Source: Diplonema japonicum
Taxonomy: Eukaryota > Protista > Euglenozoa: Diplonemea
Assembly (NCBI GenBank): GCA_964019335.1
Contig: OZ025724.1
Span: forward strand, 124,001-188,000
DNA length: 64,000 bases
Direction: 5' to 3'
A program made the position numbers and the translations under genes. Shown piece by piece: positions 44,071 to 56,139 of the stretch; the stretch's first letter is position 1; every line of letters starts with the position of its first letter. The notes below the pieces were generated by a model that was given only the letters and a program-made list of their open reading frames with translations, did not search any database and had not been told where the DNA came from.

Positions 44071-47000
44071 ACCCTTGCTCTTCATAGGTTTCTGTGATTC
44101 TCCCGCAGGAGGAGTAGCAAATCTTCGAGCAATACCATCACGACAAAAGAAAAAAAACGCCAAAACACTTTTTTGGTTCTTTTTTGTTTGGTTGGCAGGC
44201 CCTACATATTTTTTTTTTCCTAAAGGTACATCTTTCGATTTTCAACATATCCGGAGACAGGGCACGGCAGTGCATTTGTTTGTTAGAATTTAAAAAAAAA
44301 AGAAAAATTGGTTGCGCCGTCAGCTTCGTGGTAAAAAAAATAAAAAAGGGGGCAATTTCTTTCTTTTTGCATCTTATTGTAATAGGGGAAAAGAGAAAAT
44401 AAACTGGCAAGATTCTTGTTCCTTTTTTTTTTTTTTGTTGTTTGTTTACTTTTTTCGCCCCTCTCCGCTCCCTTTTTTCCCCTCCCCCTGTTCTTTTTTT
44501 TTTTTTTTTTTTTCTCATTTCTTTTTTTTTTTCTTCTCTATCTCCCCTTCCCCCCCTTTTTTTTTTCCTCCCTTTTATTTTATTCTTTGTTCTAATCAGT
44601 AGCTTCAGAAGAATTAAAAAAAAAGGAGGTGATCAGGACGAACCGAAGAAAAAAAAAAAAGAACGGAAAAAAAGAAAAAAAAAAAGGAGGGGGGAAAAAA
44701 AAAACCCCCTGTCTTTGGTAAGGAGAGGACTTGTGGGGGCGGTGGGGTGGAAAGGAAACAAACTCGAAAACTCCATCTATGCCGAGTCGCCCTTTTGCCC
44801 CAAGGTTTTGCTTATTCTTTCTAAAAAGTTTATACCTCACTTTCTTGAAGAAAAAAAAAGAAAAGAAAAATACTAAAATTTCACTATGGTGGGAGAAGTG
44901 TCAGGCTACAATACACCATAATGTGGCACAAAACAAAAGTAATCTCATTTTTCACAGGTGCAGCTGCAAACGAGCTTTTTGTTCCTCTTTTTTTTTTTTT
45001 TTCCCTTTTCTTTTCTTCCCTCTCTACCCTTTCTTTTTTTTTGGGGGGGGGAGAAAAGGGAGCATCGAAAAAAATAAAATAAAATAAAATTAGACTAGGT
45101 ATCCAAAAAAAAAAAAAAAATTGCCAAAGAATTAACTAGGCGCTTTCATTTCTCTGTTTCTTTTTTTTTTTTTTTTTTTTTTTTGTTGTTGTAGTTGTTT
45201 TCTTAAAAAAAAAAGGCTACATTAAAAGCAGCGGGGCTGAAAAGAAAAACGAGAAGACCCTAATAGCAGTTGTGCTCCTTTGTGTTTCTTTCCTTATTCA
45301 CCTTTCCCCCCCCTTTTTTTTTCAAATCGCCTGTGAAATAATCAATAGAAAGAAAAAAAAAAGAGACATTTAAGGGTACCTGCGGAAAGAAACTATTAAA
45401 TAGCGACAAACCGTATTTGGAACATGAAAAGTACTTTTTTTTTAAAACCGAGTGTTGTGGAGTTTTTCTTCCGGAAGAAAATAGGGCAAAACCTAAAATT
45501 ACGATTTAATTTTTGGACGGAATAAAAATGGCCATATTAAGTACAAATACGGGTATGAAAGAAAGAAGAGAAAAAAAAAAAAACTTTTGTTTGATTTTTT
45601 TTAAAGGTCGACCTTAAGAAAAATCTTTTTGCTTTCGTTTTTCCTTTGCGGATATCCTTTTTGCGCTCATCTAGCTGAGCAAAAAAATGCCCACCCCCAC
45701 CCCATCCGTTACACATTTTTCTTTTTTCTTTTTCTTTTTTTTTTTTTTTTAAATTTAATTTTCTTTTTCCAGCTGATCGTTCAGGGGTGGTATTCTCTGG
45801 CTGAGTACTGCAACAGTAACTTCCGCTCAACCAAGAAAAAAAAAAAAAAAAAAACTGCTCAGAACGAAGTCCGTCTGTTTCAGCCCGTGTGATATTTCTC
45901 CCTTCCCAACAGGCAACATGGCGCGATTCGAGGCTGTGGTAGAAAAAAAGAAAATGCGAGAAAAGGGCGAAGAGAGGGGAAAAAATACTAGAGGGGGGAG
46001 GGGGGGAAGAAGAAAAAAATGATGTAAGAAAAAAAAAAAAGAAAAAAAAATAGAAAAATCCTTGTGTATCTACATCGGTATGTTTATCTTTTCCTCCTCT
46101 TTTTTTTTTCTTCTTCTCCCATCAGTGCTTTGCAAAAACTATTTTCAGTTCTTGTGATCGGTGTCTTAATAGCAAGCATGCATGGAAAAGGGAGGGTTCT
46201 TACCCGCTGAACAAAGAGAGAGAGAAAAAAAAATCAAAAAAAACAGCTGGATTCTTTTTTTTTTTATATTCTTTTTTTTCTTATTTTGGACATAGGTGAA
46301 ATATCAGTATGGGGGAGGGGGAAAAAGAAAATGGGAAACTGGATATATAAAAAAAAGAAATGAAAAAAAAAAGGACAAAAAATATATATATGAGTTAAAG
46401 GAGGCCGGTGTTGGCGGCGCCCTGCACAAGAACTGTCTACTTGATTACAGGGGGCGCACCACGGCCGAGTTGTAGCTTCTTCTGCGTTCCGCGTCGTGTT
46501 CTTAATGCGTGCGGTGTACAGCTCAACCCCAGCCGGGACGTCCCGGGTAACCAAGATTCTGCGCTCGTGCAGTTTGCTGCCTTCGTCACCAAAAAAAGAA
46601 ATAAAAATAAAAGCGTCCCCCCCCATCCCGCACAATAGAAAATAGTTTGACGAAACGCAAAGCCCAAGATTAGCCACAACCAAGACATAAAAACCTTGGG
46701 GAGGATTCAAGCGCTGGGGCGTGACGTACCTTCATAAGAAAAAAAAAAACTTAAATTTTTAAAAAAAAGATTTAAAACAGTGTGTGGAAATACGAAAAGA
46801 CCTTTTTTCTTTTTTTTTTTTTTTTTTTTTTTTTTTGCACAAGCAGTGGCCACCTGACACTGACCTTTTGTGGGTAGATGCTCCTGTCAATAAGATAGAA
46901 ATAGGTCAATGGAAAGAAAAAAAAAAAAGAAAAAAAAAAAACAACTCCTTCCTCCCCCGTTTCTTTCCCCTCGGATTCTTCCGAGACAAAAAAAAAAAAG

Positions 47001-47329
47001 AAAAAAGAAAAACTTCGAGTTATGGTTGAAATCATTCAAAGTGCCCTCTATACTTCTACAGGGGAGACGAGGAATATTTTGAAGAAAGAGGAAACTACTG
47101 GCATATGCGATGGATGTTCAAAAATAATAAAAATAATAATAACCCTACCCAAGACTAGATGAAAAGGACTGGAAAAAATAAACAAGAAGAATCTATGTAT
47201 AGGTGGGCTATTATTGTGTTCTTTATCCCCCCCCTCTCACCCTTTTTTTCCTTCTTTGCTTTGCATATTGGTTTTGTTTGTTCTAATGAATTTTCGATCC
47301 TCGTTTCATGCCCCTTTGTTTTTTTTTAT

Positions 47330-47908
47330 TATTTCACTCTTTTCAGAAATTACTTCACGCACTTGGGGGGCCCATTACTTCACGCTAAATCTCATTACTT
47401 CACGGTGAAATAATGGCCTGTTTTCCGTGAAGTAATAGGGGGCTTCCGGTAAATAATATGCCTCGGTAGGCCAATTTTTGCCTCGGTTCGGTTCCCAGTG
47501 GGGCAACTTTTTCCTCTCAGTTTGCTAATTTCCCCCCAGGTTCAGCTCAATTGGCCAACTTTTGCCTCGGCTCAGTTCCAAGTACTTTTTCCTCCCAATT
47601 TGCCCACTTTTGACTAGGCCTTGTTCCCAGTTTTTGGGGGTACTCTTCTGCGGGTAAGGGTCACTTTTCTATGAAGCAGCAGAAAGTGAGGAGCGAGTGG
47701 CGCATTAGATGGTGACAGTGGCGAAAACAACTTGTATTGTAACCTTCGTAACCCCTCTCTTGTTGTACCCATTGTCACCTTTGTGTCGCTCGTGGTGAAA
47801 TAATTTCAGAGTGTCGTGAAATAAAACCACTTACCTACCGCCAAGTAATGCTTTACCGACCTCGAGGTAACGGTAATGTCATTACTTGTTGGCAGTAAGT
47901 AGCTATTA
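47330..47908. mobile_element. Non-autonomous element with terminal palindrome (copy B)
   Basis: Homologous to 41890-42563, with the inner hairpin deleted. Confidence 0.75.
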
Positions 47909-48233
47909 CTGTGGGAAACGTGTTAAGAAAAAGATAAAAAATACCCCCCCCCCACCCCACCCCCTCACCAACAAAATAAAGATGAGAAAAAAAAAAAAAG
48001 AGGGCGGGAAGAAATACTTAAAAAAAAAAAAAATCCTTCCTTCGATCAAAAGGAGAATTTCTTTTTTTGTCATTTTCATGTTTTTTTTTCTTCTTCTTTT
48101 TCTTTCCCCCCCTTTTATATGTTGCACTCACTAAAGAACCAAAAAAAAAAACAAAAAAAACAAAAAAAAAAAAGAACAAAGCGGAAAAGTGGGGGCGGAG
48201 GGATTTAAAAAAAAAAAAGAAATTCTACATTCT

Positions 48234-51200
48234 TCACGCAGGAATCCAGTCGCGAGTCCTCTTACCAGACTCGTCCTTAATCCACTGTCCCGTCGCCCCG
48301 TTACACCTCCATGTAGCATAAGACAGAGTCGCAGGGTTCTGGACCTTAATATATTTGACCTTCCACCCATCACTGCCCTGCTCTTTGATACGGACCGACT
48401 GAAGATTGCTGAAGTACTTGACATAGTTACCTGTAAGGGTGACAGTAGACCCCTGCGAAGGAGACACAACATTGCCGATAACAAGAACCTCATCAGAAAA
48501 GACCAGCTCAACAGGGAATGTATGACTAGACTGCGAATAGCTCGCACTGTCGGTTGTAACCTTTACTTCGAACGTAACACTCGCCGTAGGAGGAGGTGTC
48601 GGCCCTGCTGGGATACCAACCCAGTCCCTCTGCCTCTTACCATTCTCGTCCTTAATCCACTGTCCGAAGAAACCGTCGCACTTAAGCGAGACAAGCGAGG
48701 CGGTGTCCGGGTTGCGAATCTGCACAAACTGCACCTTCCACCCATCGCTGCCCTGCTCTTCCAAGCGCACGGACTGGACAAGGTAGAAGTTGCGGTCAAG
48801 CGTTTTTTTAATCGTCGTCACATCGCCCCTCTGCGGTGCCACGATGGACCCGATGGTCTCCACATCCCCATTGCTGAAGACCAGCATCACAGGGTACGTG
48901 TGTCCGGAGTTCGCGTACTGAACGTCGACTGTCGTGACGACAACTTCGAACTCCACACCAGAGGGTGCTTCGGTGTCAGGTGCACTTGTAGGTTCAGCGG
49001 TGTCGGGGGCTGATGTTGGTTCTGCAGTGTCAGGAGCCGACGTTGGTTCTGCAGTTACGGGGATCGGAGTAGGAACAGGTGTGGGTTCAGGGGTGGGCTC
49101 AGGCGTCGGGATAGGAAGTGTCAGAACATGTGTCTGCCCGATGCCATGCCACCCGCCGTAGTTCCCATCAGCCCTTACGAACTTGTTTGTGTTCGTCTGC
49201 AGTGCGATGTAGTCGTACAGCCAGTCGTCTCCGGATCCCAGATGCTGCACCTCCACGCTCACCACGTCGCTTGCTGGGAACGGGCAGATGGTGGATGTCA
49301 GTGTCACCTCACCTGCCGCGGGGAAGGTCACCGGGCCCATCACGTGCGAGCCTCCGTCGGCCTTCTTAATGGTGAACTTGATTTCCTGATTTGTGACGCC
49401 CCACTGCTGGCTGGACGTGTACATGAACAGCGACACAGAGTGGTAGGAGGGCGGTGTGCCGTCCAATGTGAAGTCCAACGCTGTCTCACCGCCATACCCA
49501 AGAGAGACACCGCCCTCCACGTTCCCGTGGTCGGCGAGGATGAACCTGCTCCACGACCCATCGGTGAGCTGCACCTCAAGGTACTCGATGACCCACGGGT
49601 CAAGAACACCATCTGCGGACACTCGCAACATGGTAAGGAAGTTCGATGGGGAGGCCGCCTGGTTCGTGGTGAAGGTGGTGATGCCCTGGCTGGGCTCCAG
49701 GATGTACCCGATGATGACTGGGGTGCCGCTTCCGATGGTTGCTGTGAGGGGGAAGCTCCCGATAGACTCGTTAGTGGTGGAGATCCTGATGTTCAAGGTG
49801 TTCAGCGGTGTGGGGGTGATGGTACTGATGATGGTTCCCTGACCCGAGTTCCCGTTGAGCTCGTTCGTTGCGTGCCACACTACCCCGTTCACCTTGACAA
49901 GGTCGAAGATCCACAGGTTTGTGGAGGTGCTGGCGTCGAACTTCAAGGCGACGACCTCAGACGAGTGGTACTTAGCAGTCGTGATTGAGAACGTCAACTC
50001 CAGACCCTTCGAGTGCGGGGTGAATGACTGCACCTCCTGCTCCTCTCCATTCCTGTACACGAGGGTAAGGGAACGAGCGTCAGGGGAATCAGCGTACTGG
50101 TCGGTGCTGGTCCTCACGTACACCTCAATGTTGTGCGAGACAGGGAGCTCGAACTTCAAGCTCGAGGGGTGCGTGATGGAGTCACGGTCGATGACATACC
50201 CGCCCGTCCCTGCCGAGAAGACCGTCCACTGTTCCCACCAGACGTTTGTCTTCCACACACTAACGGACGCGATGACCCAGTCGTCGTTAGAGGTCTCGGC
50301 ATCAGGGGCGGTGATGGTGATGGACTTCAAGAATTCCACGCTGGGGAAGCCCGCACCGCCCACATGCTCGATGATATGCTCTGTCCCAGGCATGGGCGTG
50401 CTCACGGTGTAGGAGGCAGTGTCACCAGTGAGGTAAGTCAGTAAAACGTCATACGTGCCGACAGATCCATCGAACAGCTCGCTGCCTGTCGTGATCTTGA
50501 ACTTCGTAGTGCCGGAAGGCGACGCCACAGGAGTGGGGGTCGAAGGGGCTTCCGTGTTCGGTGCATGTGTATCCGGTGCGTCGGTGTCAGGGGCGGACGT
50601 CTCAGGGGGGTGTGTCTCGTTAATACCGTTGAGCGAGTGGCACTCGTAGTTGAGACTGAACCCTGAATCCGTCTTGCTCGAATCCGAGCTGAAGATCAAC
50701 AATGCGGTGCCCTGCAACGTGATGGGGGCGGGGAGGCTTGTCCCTGTGAGCTTCGCCATACTCCCCACCACACCGTAGTGCAGGAAGTCGTAGTTGTTCT
50801 CAAGACCAAAGTGCGTGAAGGTCATCGTGAGGTCGTCCTCGCTCGGGCAAATAATCTTCATGCACCTGTACTCATTATTCTTGTAGTCGATGCTGTTGGC
50901 AGGCGTGGCCGGCGGGTAGCTAAGAGTACCCTTACCCCTCGCTACGCGGAAGTGATGCTCATGACAGTTTGCCTGAACCGGGAAATAATCATCGTCAGAT
51001 GTGGTAAGGTCCGTGGTGTCGGTACACGGCAAGTGCACCAAAAGGTCGGGTGTGTTCGCAGGGATGTTGGTGACACCGGTAATCGCATTGCTCAAAATGT
51101 ATGACTTAACCTGAGCAACGGTGGCAGCGGGGTTCTTCGACAGGTACGCCGCAGCAAGACCGGTAACATGCGGCGCGGCATTCGACGAACCAGACTTCAG

Positions 51201-52217
51201 TGCGTAACAGTCACGGCAGTCCGGGCTAGCACTGTAAATGTTCATCCCCGGCCCGTAAATGTCGACACATTCTCCGTGGTTCGAGCGGTCGTGCGGGACG
51301 TAGTTCCCACTGTCGTCGGTGGTCACGAACGCAACAGAGATACCCACGCGGGCAGACGAAGGGGAGTACGTGCAAGAATCACCGCCGGAGTTACCAGCAG
51401 CCATGACGATGGTGATCCCAGCATTGTGCGCCGCTTGCACGGCCATGTCGAATGTGGACGACACAGAACCCGTTCCAAGCGAAAGGTTGATGACAGTGGG
51501 AACACGGGGAACCTTGTTGTTAACAGCAGAGGTCACATAGTCGAGACCGGCAATGAAGTCCGACACGGTGCCCTGGTTGTAGATGTCAAGAACTTTTACA
51601 GATATGATGTTGCTTGACTTGGCAACACCGAAGACAGTACCAGCGGCGGTGGCGGCAATGTGTGTTCCGTGCCCGGTGTTGTCGATGTTTGGTTCGGTTT
51701 CAACAAAGTTGGCGCCGTTTGAGCATCTGCCTACAAGGTCATCGTGGTCGCACCTCACTCCTGAGTCGACAACGAAGATGTCAACACCAGCACCCCATGA
51801 TGCATCGTGTTTGAAGCCGCCCAGGTTGATGCCTTGTGAGCCGCTTAGAATGTTTAGGAATTTCTGTCCCCAGGAAAGTGGTTCGCTTTGGACGTTGGGG
51901 CAGCTCATGGAACTGCCGTAGACTGACTGATCGGGCTCGCTGTTCTTCTCGTCAATCGCTTCGTTGTCTTTGATGACACGCTGGAACTGCGAATCCTTCA
52001 TGGAAGCGGTCAGGAAGAACTGGTCGTTGTCCTGGCCGTTGATGTCGTAGAGATTCGGCTTCTTCTTGAGATCCTCCTCCCTGTAGATTTTCTCCTGAAG
52101 GGCTACTGCGTCGGCCTCTGAAATGTCCTTCAGGAGAAAGACGAAATTCCTCTCGACATCCAGTGCTGCCTGGCAGCAGGTCACTGCGCTCAGCAGCATT
52201 GCTATCGCCAACTTCAT
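48234..52217 (-). CDS. Secreted subtilisin-like (S8) protease + CUB + multiple PLAT/LH2-like domains
   Basis: Signal peptide; catalytic motifs VVDSG, GHGTH, AAGN, SGSSNAAPHV; CUB (YKNNEYRC..FGLENNYDFL..FSSDSSKTDSGF); repeated x(T/V)TT..D.W.V..(V/I) beta domains. Confidence 0.9.
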   Translation of the reverse strand: MKLAIAMLLSAVTCCQAALDVERNFVFLLKDISEADAVALQEKIYREEDLKKKPNLYDINGQDNDQFFLTASMKDSQFQRVIKDNEAIDEKNSEPDQSVYGSSMSCPNVQSEPLSWGQKFLNILSGSQGINLGGFKHDASWGAGVDIFVVDSGVRCDHDDLVGRCSNGANFVETEPNIDNTGHGTHIAATAAGTVFGVAKSSNIISVKVLDIYNQGTVSDFIAGLDYVTSAVNNKVPRVPTVINLSLGTGSVSSTFDMAVQAAHNAGITIVMAAGNSGGDSCTYSPSSARVGISVAFVTTDDSGNYVPHDRSNHGECVDIYGPGMNIYSASPDCRDCYALKSGSSNAAPHVTGLAAAYLSKNPAATVAQVKSYILSNAITGVTNIPANTPDLLVHLPCTDTTDLTTSDDDYFPVQANCHEHHFRVARGKGTLSYPPATPANSIDYKNNEYRCMKIICPSEDDLTMTFTHFGLENNYDFLHYGVVGSMAKLTGTSLPAPITLQGTALLIFSSDSSKTDSGFSLNYECHSLNGINETHPPETSAPDTDAPDTHAPNTEAPSTPTPVASPSGTTKFKITTGSELFDGSVGTYDVLLTYLTGDTASYTVSTPMPGTEHIIEHVGGAGFPSVEFLKSITITAPDAETSNDDWVIASVSVWKTNVWWEQWTVFSAGTGGYVIDRDSITHPSSLKFELPVSHNIEVYVRTSTDQYADSPDARSLTLVYRNGEEQEVQSFTPHSKGLELTFSITTAKYHSSEVVALKFDASTSTNLWIFDLVKVNGVVWHATNELNGNSGQGTIISTITPTPLNTLNIRISTTNESIGSFPLTATIGSGTPVIIGYILEPSQGITTFTTNQAASPSNFLTMLRVSADGVLDPWVIEYLEVQLTDGSWSRFILADHGNVEGGVSLGYGGETALDFTLDGTPPSYHSVSLFMYTSSQQWGVTNQEIKFTIKKADGGSHVMGPVTFPAAGEVTLTSTICPFPASDVVSVEVQHLGSGDDWLYDYIALQTNTNKFVRADGNYGGWHGIGQTHVLTLPIPTPEPTPEPTPVPTPIPVTAEPTSAPDTAEPTSAPDTAEPTSAPDTEAPSGVEFEVVVTTVDVQYANSGHTYPVMLVFSNGDVETIGSIVAPQRGDVTTIKKTLDRNFYLVQSVRLEEQGSDGWKVQFVQIRNPDTASLVSLKCDGFFGQWIKDENGKRQRDWVGIPAGPTPPPTASVTFEVKVTTDSASYSQSSHTFPVELVFSDEVLVIGNVVSPSQGSTVTLTGNYVKYFSNLQSVRIKEQGSDGWKVKYIKVQNPATLSYATWRCNGATGQWIKDESGKRTRDWIPA

Positions 52218-53583
52218 TTTTATCTTATTTTTTCTTTTTTGTTCTCTTTTCTGATCGACCTGAGTGATGGGGGGGGTTTTTTCTTCTTTGAAGAATGAAG
52301 GCTAGGATATAAAAAAAAAAAGGAACAGGAAAAAAAGAAAATAGAAAAAAAAAAAAAAAAACGGTGAGCCAATGAGGGGGAGGGACTTTTTTTTTTTTTC
52401 TTCCTTTTTCCAATTTTCTTTTTTTGTGAGTAACACTTTTTTTTTTTTTTTTTTTTCTTCGAAAATTCCACAAAAAAAAAAAGAAAAAAAAAACGGAAAA
52501 AAAAAAAGAAAAAAAAGTGGGTTTCGTTTTTTTTTGTGGGTCACACACAGTTGCAAGAAGGGAGAAAAAAGAAAAAAAAAAAAAATCATCAGTCATTTGA
52601 AGAAAACCTGCATCTTTTCTCAGCTCACTGCGGCGCAAGCGTTCTTTCTCTATATCGTATAGCACTCATTTTTCTTAAACCATTTTCATTGGCACATCAC
52701 TACTTTTATTCGTTAATTTTTTTATTTTTTCGAAAAAAAAACCAAAAGAGGGGCAGAGTGGGAGGGTGGGATGGAGACAAATCTTAATCGAGGCTTCTAC
52801 TTTCATCACAACAGTAAAAGACGAGAAGATACTTCAGTCAGAATGAATTTTTTTTTTTTTTTTGCAGTTCAAAAAAAAAAGGGGGGGGGAACTGGGCTAA
52901 GTTCTAAGGGGAAAGGCAGAAATGGAGAAGGAAAATGAACAGGCCCCATAAAACGTGTGATTCCACGTCTCTAGCAGCCCAATCCGCGTCCAAGTTACTC
53001 TGCAGGACCTTGGGGGAAGGGGGAGGGGAGGGGGGTGTGGACTTCTCTCATTTTTTATTTTTATTCTTTAAAATTTCTTTTTTTTAGACGCGCGGTTTCT
53101 TTTTCCCCCACTCCCCCCCTTTTCTTCATTCGCGCAACAACACTACAGAAGAAGAAAAAAAAAAAGAAGAAGAAAAAGAAGAGTAAAGAAAAAAAGAAGA
53201 ACAAAAAAGAAAAAGGTAAATGTTTCTTCCTCAGTGACATTTACAAAGCTTTAAAAAAAAAAAAAAGAACACACTGCAAATCTGTAAATCAACATGAGGC
53301 TATTCTTTTCCCCCCCTTAGGCTTAGATTTTTATTTTTTAAAAAAAAAGCCAAGGGGGGGGTGTTCATATATTTACCTTTTCTTTCCTTTTTTTTGTTTT
53401 TCTTTTTTTTTTTTTTTTTTAAATTCTTTCTTTTTCTTTCTTCTTTTTTTTTTTTTTTTTTCTAAATTCTTTTTTTTATTTTTCTTCTCGTAAGAGTAAA
53501 GGGGGAAAACAGGGAGTTTTATGAAGGGTCATCTAAAAACAACTACAAAAAAAAAAGTTTTTTTTTTTTTTTTTCTCTCTCTC

Positions 53584-55485
53584 TTAAAAATGAGGAGTTA
53601 ACGGAACGCAAACAAACCCTTGCTGCTGTGCCTTCATAATCAGCTCAGGGAAATTGCTTTGATTACTAAGCAGCCCAAGAACGGCTCCACCGGACCCCGG
53701 AAATTTCATGTGCCCACCATACGACCTCCCGAGTTCAATCTTTAAGGGTTTTTTTTTTTTTTTTTTTTTTTTTCCCCTTTTCCATACCATTGCCAGATTC
53801 TTAGTACCGAGACACGCGTCTCCGTAAAGCTCTCTTCTTAAGTTGAAGTTCGCGTCCATTATCTCACCAACCTTCTCGAAATCGCCTTCTTCAAAAGCGA
53901 CACGTCCCTGATCAGTTAAGTCTGCGAATTTTCTCATCCCTTCAACAATGGCCTCATTGCCGCTCAACCACTTCTCCTTTACATCGCTGTGTATCCTCCC
54001 GCTGTCGGAGGGGTCAGACGCATACATCAGAAAAAACTGCGGCAACTTAACGTTGTCTAAGCGTTCGTAGTTCCCGTGGCCGTGCTTCACCATGATGTCC
54101 TTGCTGAAATCCATGTATACAAGGCCTTCGTAGACCTGCACGACACGGTCCTGCAAGCCCGCGGTAATGAAAAGCTCCTCCTCCTCAACCGTTAGTACCA
54201 GTGACGGGATCTTGTGTTTTGGAATGTCTGCTTCCGTGATTCCGTAGAACTGCATCAACGCTTTAACGCACGCTGTGACAATGCATGAGGAGCCAGCCAA
54301 CCCCACCTGTCTCGGGATGTTTGTGTCGTACTTCATGGTGAAGTTTCGTTTAGACAGAGCGATACCGTTTTTGGTGCAGTATTCGTAAAATTTCTTGCAG
54401 GTTGCCTGCATGAGGCGGAGGCCGCCTACGTACCCTTCCTTCTTCGAGATGATGAACAGATCGGACAGACCGCCGAATTCGTTGGGATCGTTGATAGGGT
54501 GCGGGACCAATCGAAGTTTTTCAGAACCGACGATGCTCACCTCCGCCCAGAAATTTTCGATGGACATCGCGATGGTTTTCCCGTTGAAACCGTCTGAGGG
54601 GTTACCCACGACCCCTACCCTAGCGTAGGCTCGGGTGGTGAATGTTCTGTTGTCGCCTGTAGGGGTTGGTGTCACAGCGTTCTTTCTAACATCCAGATAT
54701 TCCTGAAGCTTCGTCGCACCAATAAGCTTGAACTCTGTCGGTACCTTCATCCCATAAACATGGCCCTTAGGGACGAGCCATTCCATTAGCTTCCCGAAAG
54801 AACGTTCTTTCGTGGTTTTGAATGTTGCGAGGTATTCTGGGATGAGCTCGGAGCATGTTTTTGAGCAGAATACGTAGAATACGACAGATGCGTGGGGGGT
54901 GTCCCATGTGGAGGGTTTCTCTTTGAACTCCTTGACGTTCTTTGTTGAGGTGTCGATTGATACCATGCCGCGGGTGGTGGGGGACTCGCCTTTTTTCAGA
55001 TCGTAGTAAATGAGGAGATCGCCGTTTTGATGTTGGTCGAAGAACCGTTTTACGCCGTTGATCTCGAAATCTTCGTTGGTAAGCATATCACCCGATACCA
55101 CCATTACGTCACCGGTTATGTCTTTTGTTTGGATTGCGAGTTGGAAATCGCTGACCGCGCCTATCCTGCCGTCGTAGGTGGTGGACCCGTCGTTGATGAT
55201 GTTTTCAACCGGGAAGTCGGATGCGGTGGCCCATCGTTCGTAGTACTTGTACTTGTCGGCGTTCGTTACTAGGTATACGTTCGAAAACGTTCGCCGTTCC
55301 TTGAGCTCGTCCCACCACAGGTCCAGGATCGTCCCGTCTTTGCCGTTCCTCCCTTTCACCTGGAGCAGTGCCTTGGGGATGCCCTGGAGTGATTGCAATT
55401 CCTCGCACTCCGAGTTCTTAATCTGCTCCTCGAGGAAGTTATTGTGCCCTGCTACTAGGATCACACACGTCATGGAGCGCGACAT
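53584..55485 (-). CDS. Nucleotidyltransferase-glucuronokinase (GHMP) fusion; 48-nt in-frame intron 53740-53787
   Basis: N-terminal VILVAG..PKALL..FKEKP. Kinase motifs ARVGVVGNPSD, IPRQVGLAGSS, AGLQDRVVQVYEG, GSGGA. The K-rich insert is bounded by GTATGG...AAG. Confidence 0.9.
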   Translation of the reverse strand: MSRSMTCVILVAGHNNFLEEQIKNSECEELQSLQGIPKALLQVKGRNGKDGTILDLWWDELKERRTFSNVYLVTNADKYKYYERWATASDFPVENIINDGSTTYDGRIGAVSDFQLAIQTKDITGDVMVVSGDMLTNEDFEINGVKRFFDQHQNGDLLIYYDLKKGESPTTRGMVSIDTSTKNVKEFKEKPSTWDTPHASVVFYVFCSKTCSELIPEYLATFKTTKERSFGKLMEWLVPKGHVYGMKVPTEFKLIGATKLQEYLDVRKNAVTPTPTGDNRTFTTRAYARVGVVGNPSDGFNGKTIAMSIENFWAEVSIVGSEKLRLVPHPINDPNEFGGLSDLFIISKKEGYVGGLRLMQATCKKFYEYCTKNGIALSKRNFTMKYDTNIPRQVGLAGSSCIVTACVKALMQFYGITEADIPKHKIPSLVLTVEEEELFITAGLQDRVVQVYEGLVYMDFSKDIMVKHGHGNYERLDNVKLPQFFLMYASDPSDSGRIHSDVKEKWLSGNEAIVEGMRKFADLTDQGRVAFEEGDFEKVGEIMDANFNLRRELYGDACLGTKNLAMVWKRGKKKKKKKKPLKIELGRSYGGHMKFPGSGGAVLGLLSNQSNFPELIMKAQQQGFVCVPLTPHF

Positions 55486-56139
55486 TTTTTTTTCTTTTTT
55501 TTTTTTCTTCTTCTTTTTTTTTTTCTTCTTTTTTTTTTTTTTGAGGCTTGAGTCCCGTCAAACGAGAGAAAAAAAAAAATAAAAAAAACACGCCATATAT
55601 TTTTCTTAAAACCCTGTTTCGCACCCCCCAGAGGCCATACATAGAAAATCCCAAAAGAACCACTCCAGGCACAAAAAGCTTTTCTTTCCCAGAACTTCTT
55701 TTTTTTACGAAAGCCTCTTGGGAATACTTTTCGAAAGGGGGAATTCAAGTCCAAACAGGTTTTAGAGTATGGGCGCGTCAGTAGTTTTGAACTTTTGTCG
55801 CTTTTTTCTGGGGGTTTTTTTGATCTTTTCCTCGCTCAAGCAACAGAAGTGCGAGAAGAAGCAGAAAAAAAAAAAAAAAAGACACAAAAGGATGACTAGT
55901 TCCAGTTATCATTCCCCCCCCCCCCCTTTGAATAATAAAAAATATATGAGTTAAAGTCTTTCTGATGCCCCTACTGCACTATTCCATTCAGCAGGTGCTA
56001 TTTTTCCCCATCTGTTCTCTTATCGCCATCCTCTTCCCTCCTTCGAGTACCCCTGCAGGACTTCCCCTTGCAGGTAACTTGCAAAAGAAACAGGATTTTA
56101 TCATTCTCTCTCTCTTTTTTTTTTTTTTTTTTTTTTTTT

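Noticed and set aside
42560-48230. Many poly-K/poly-F ORFs in the ORF track
   Set aside because: Artefacts of A/T homopolymer tracts.
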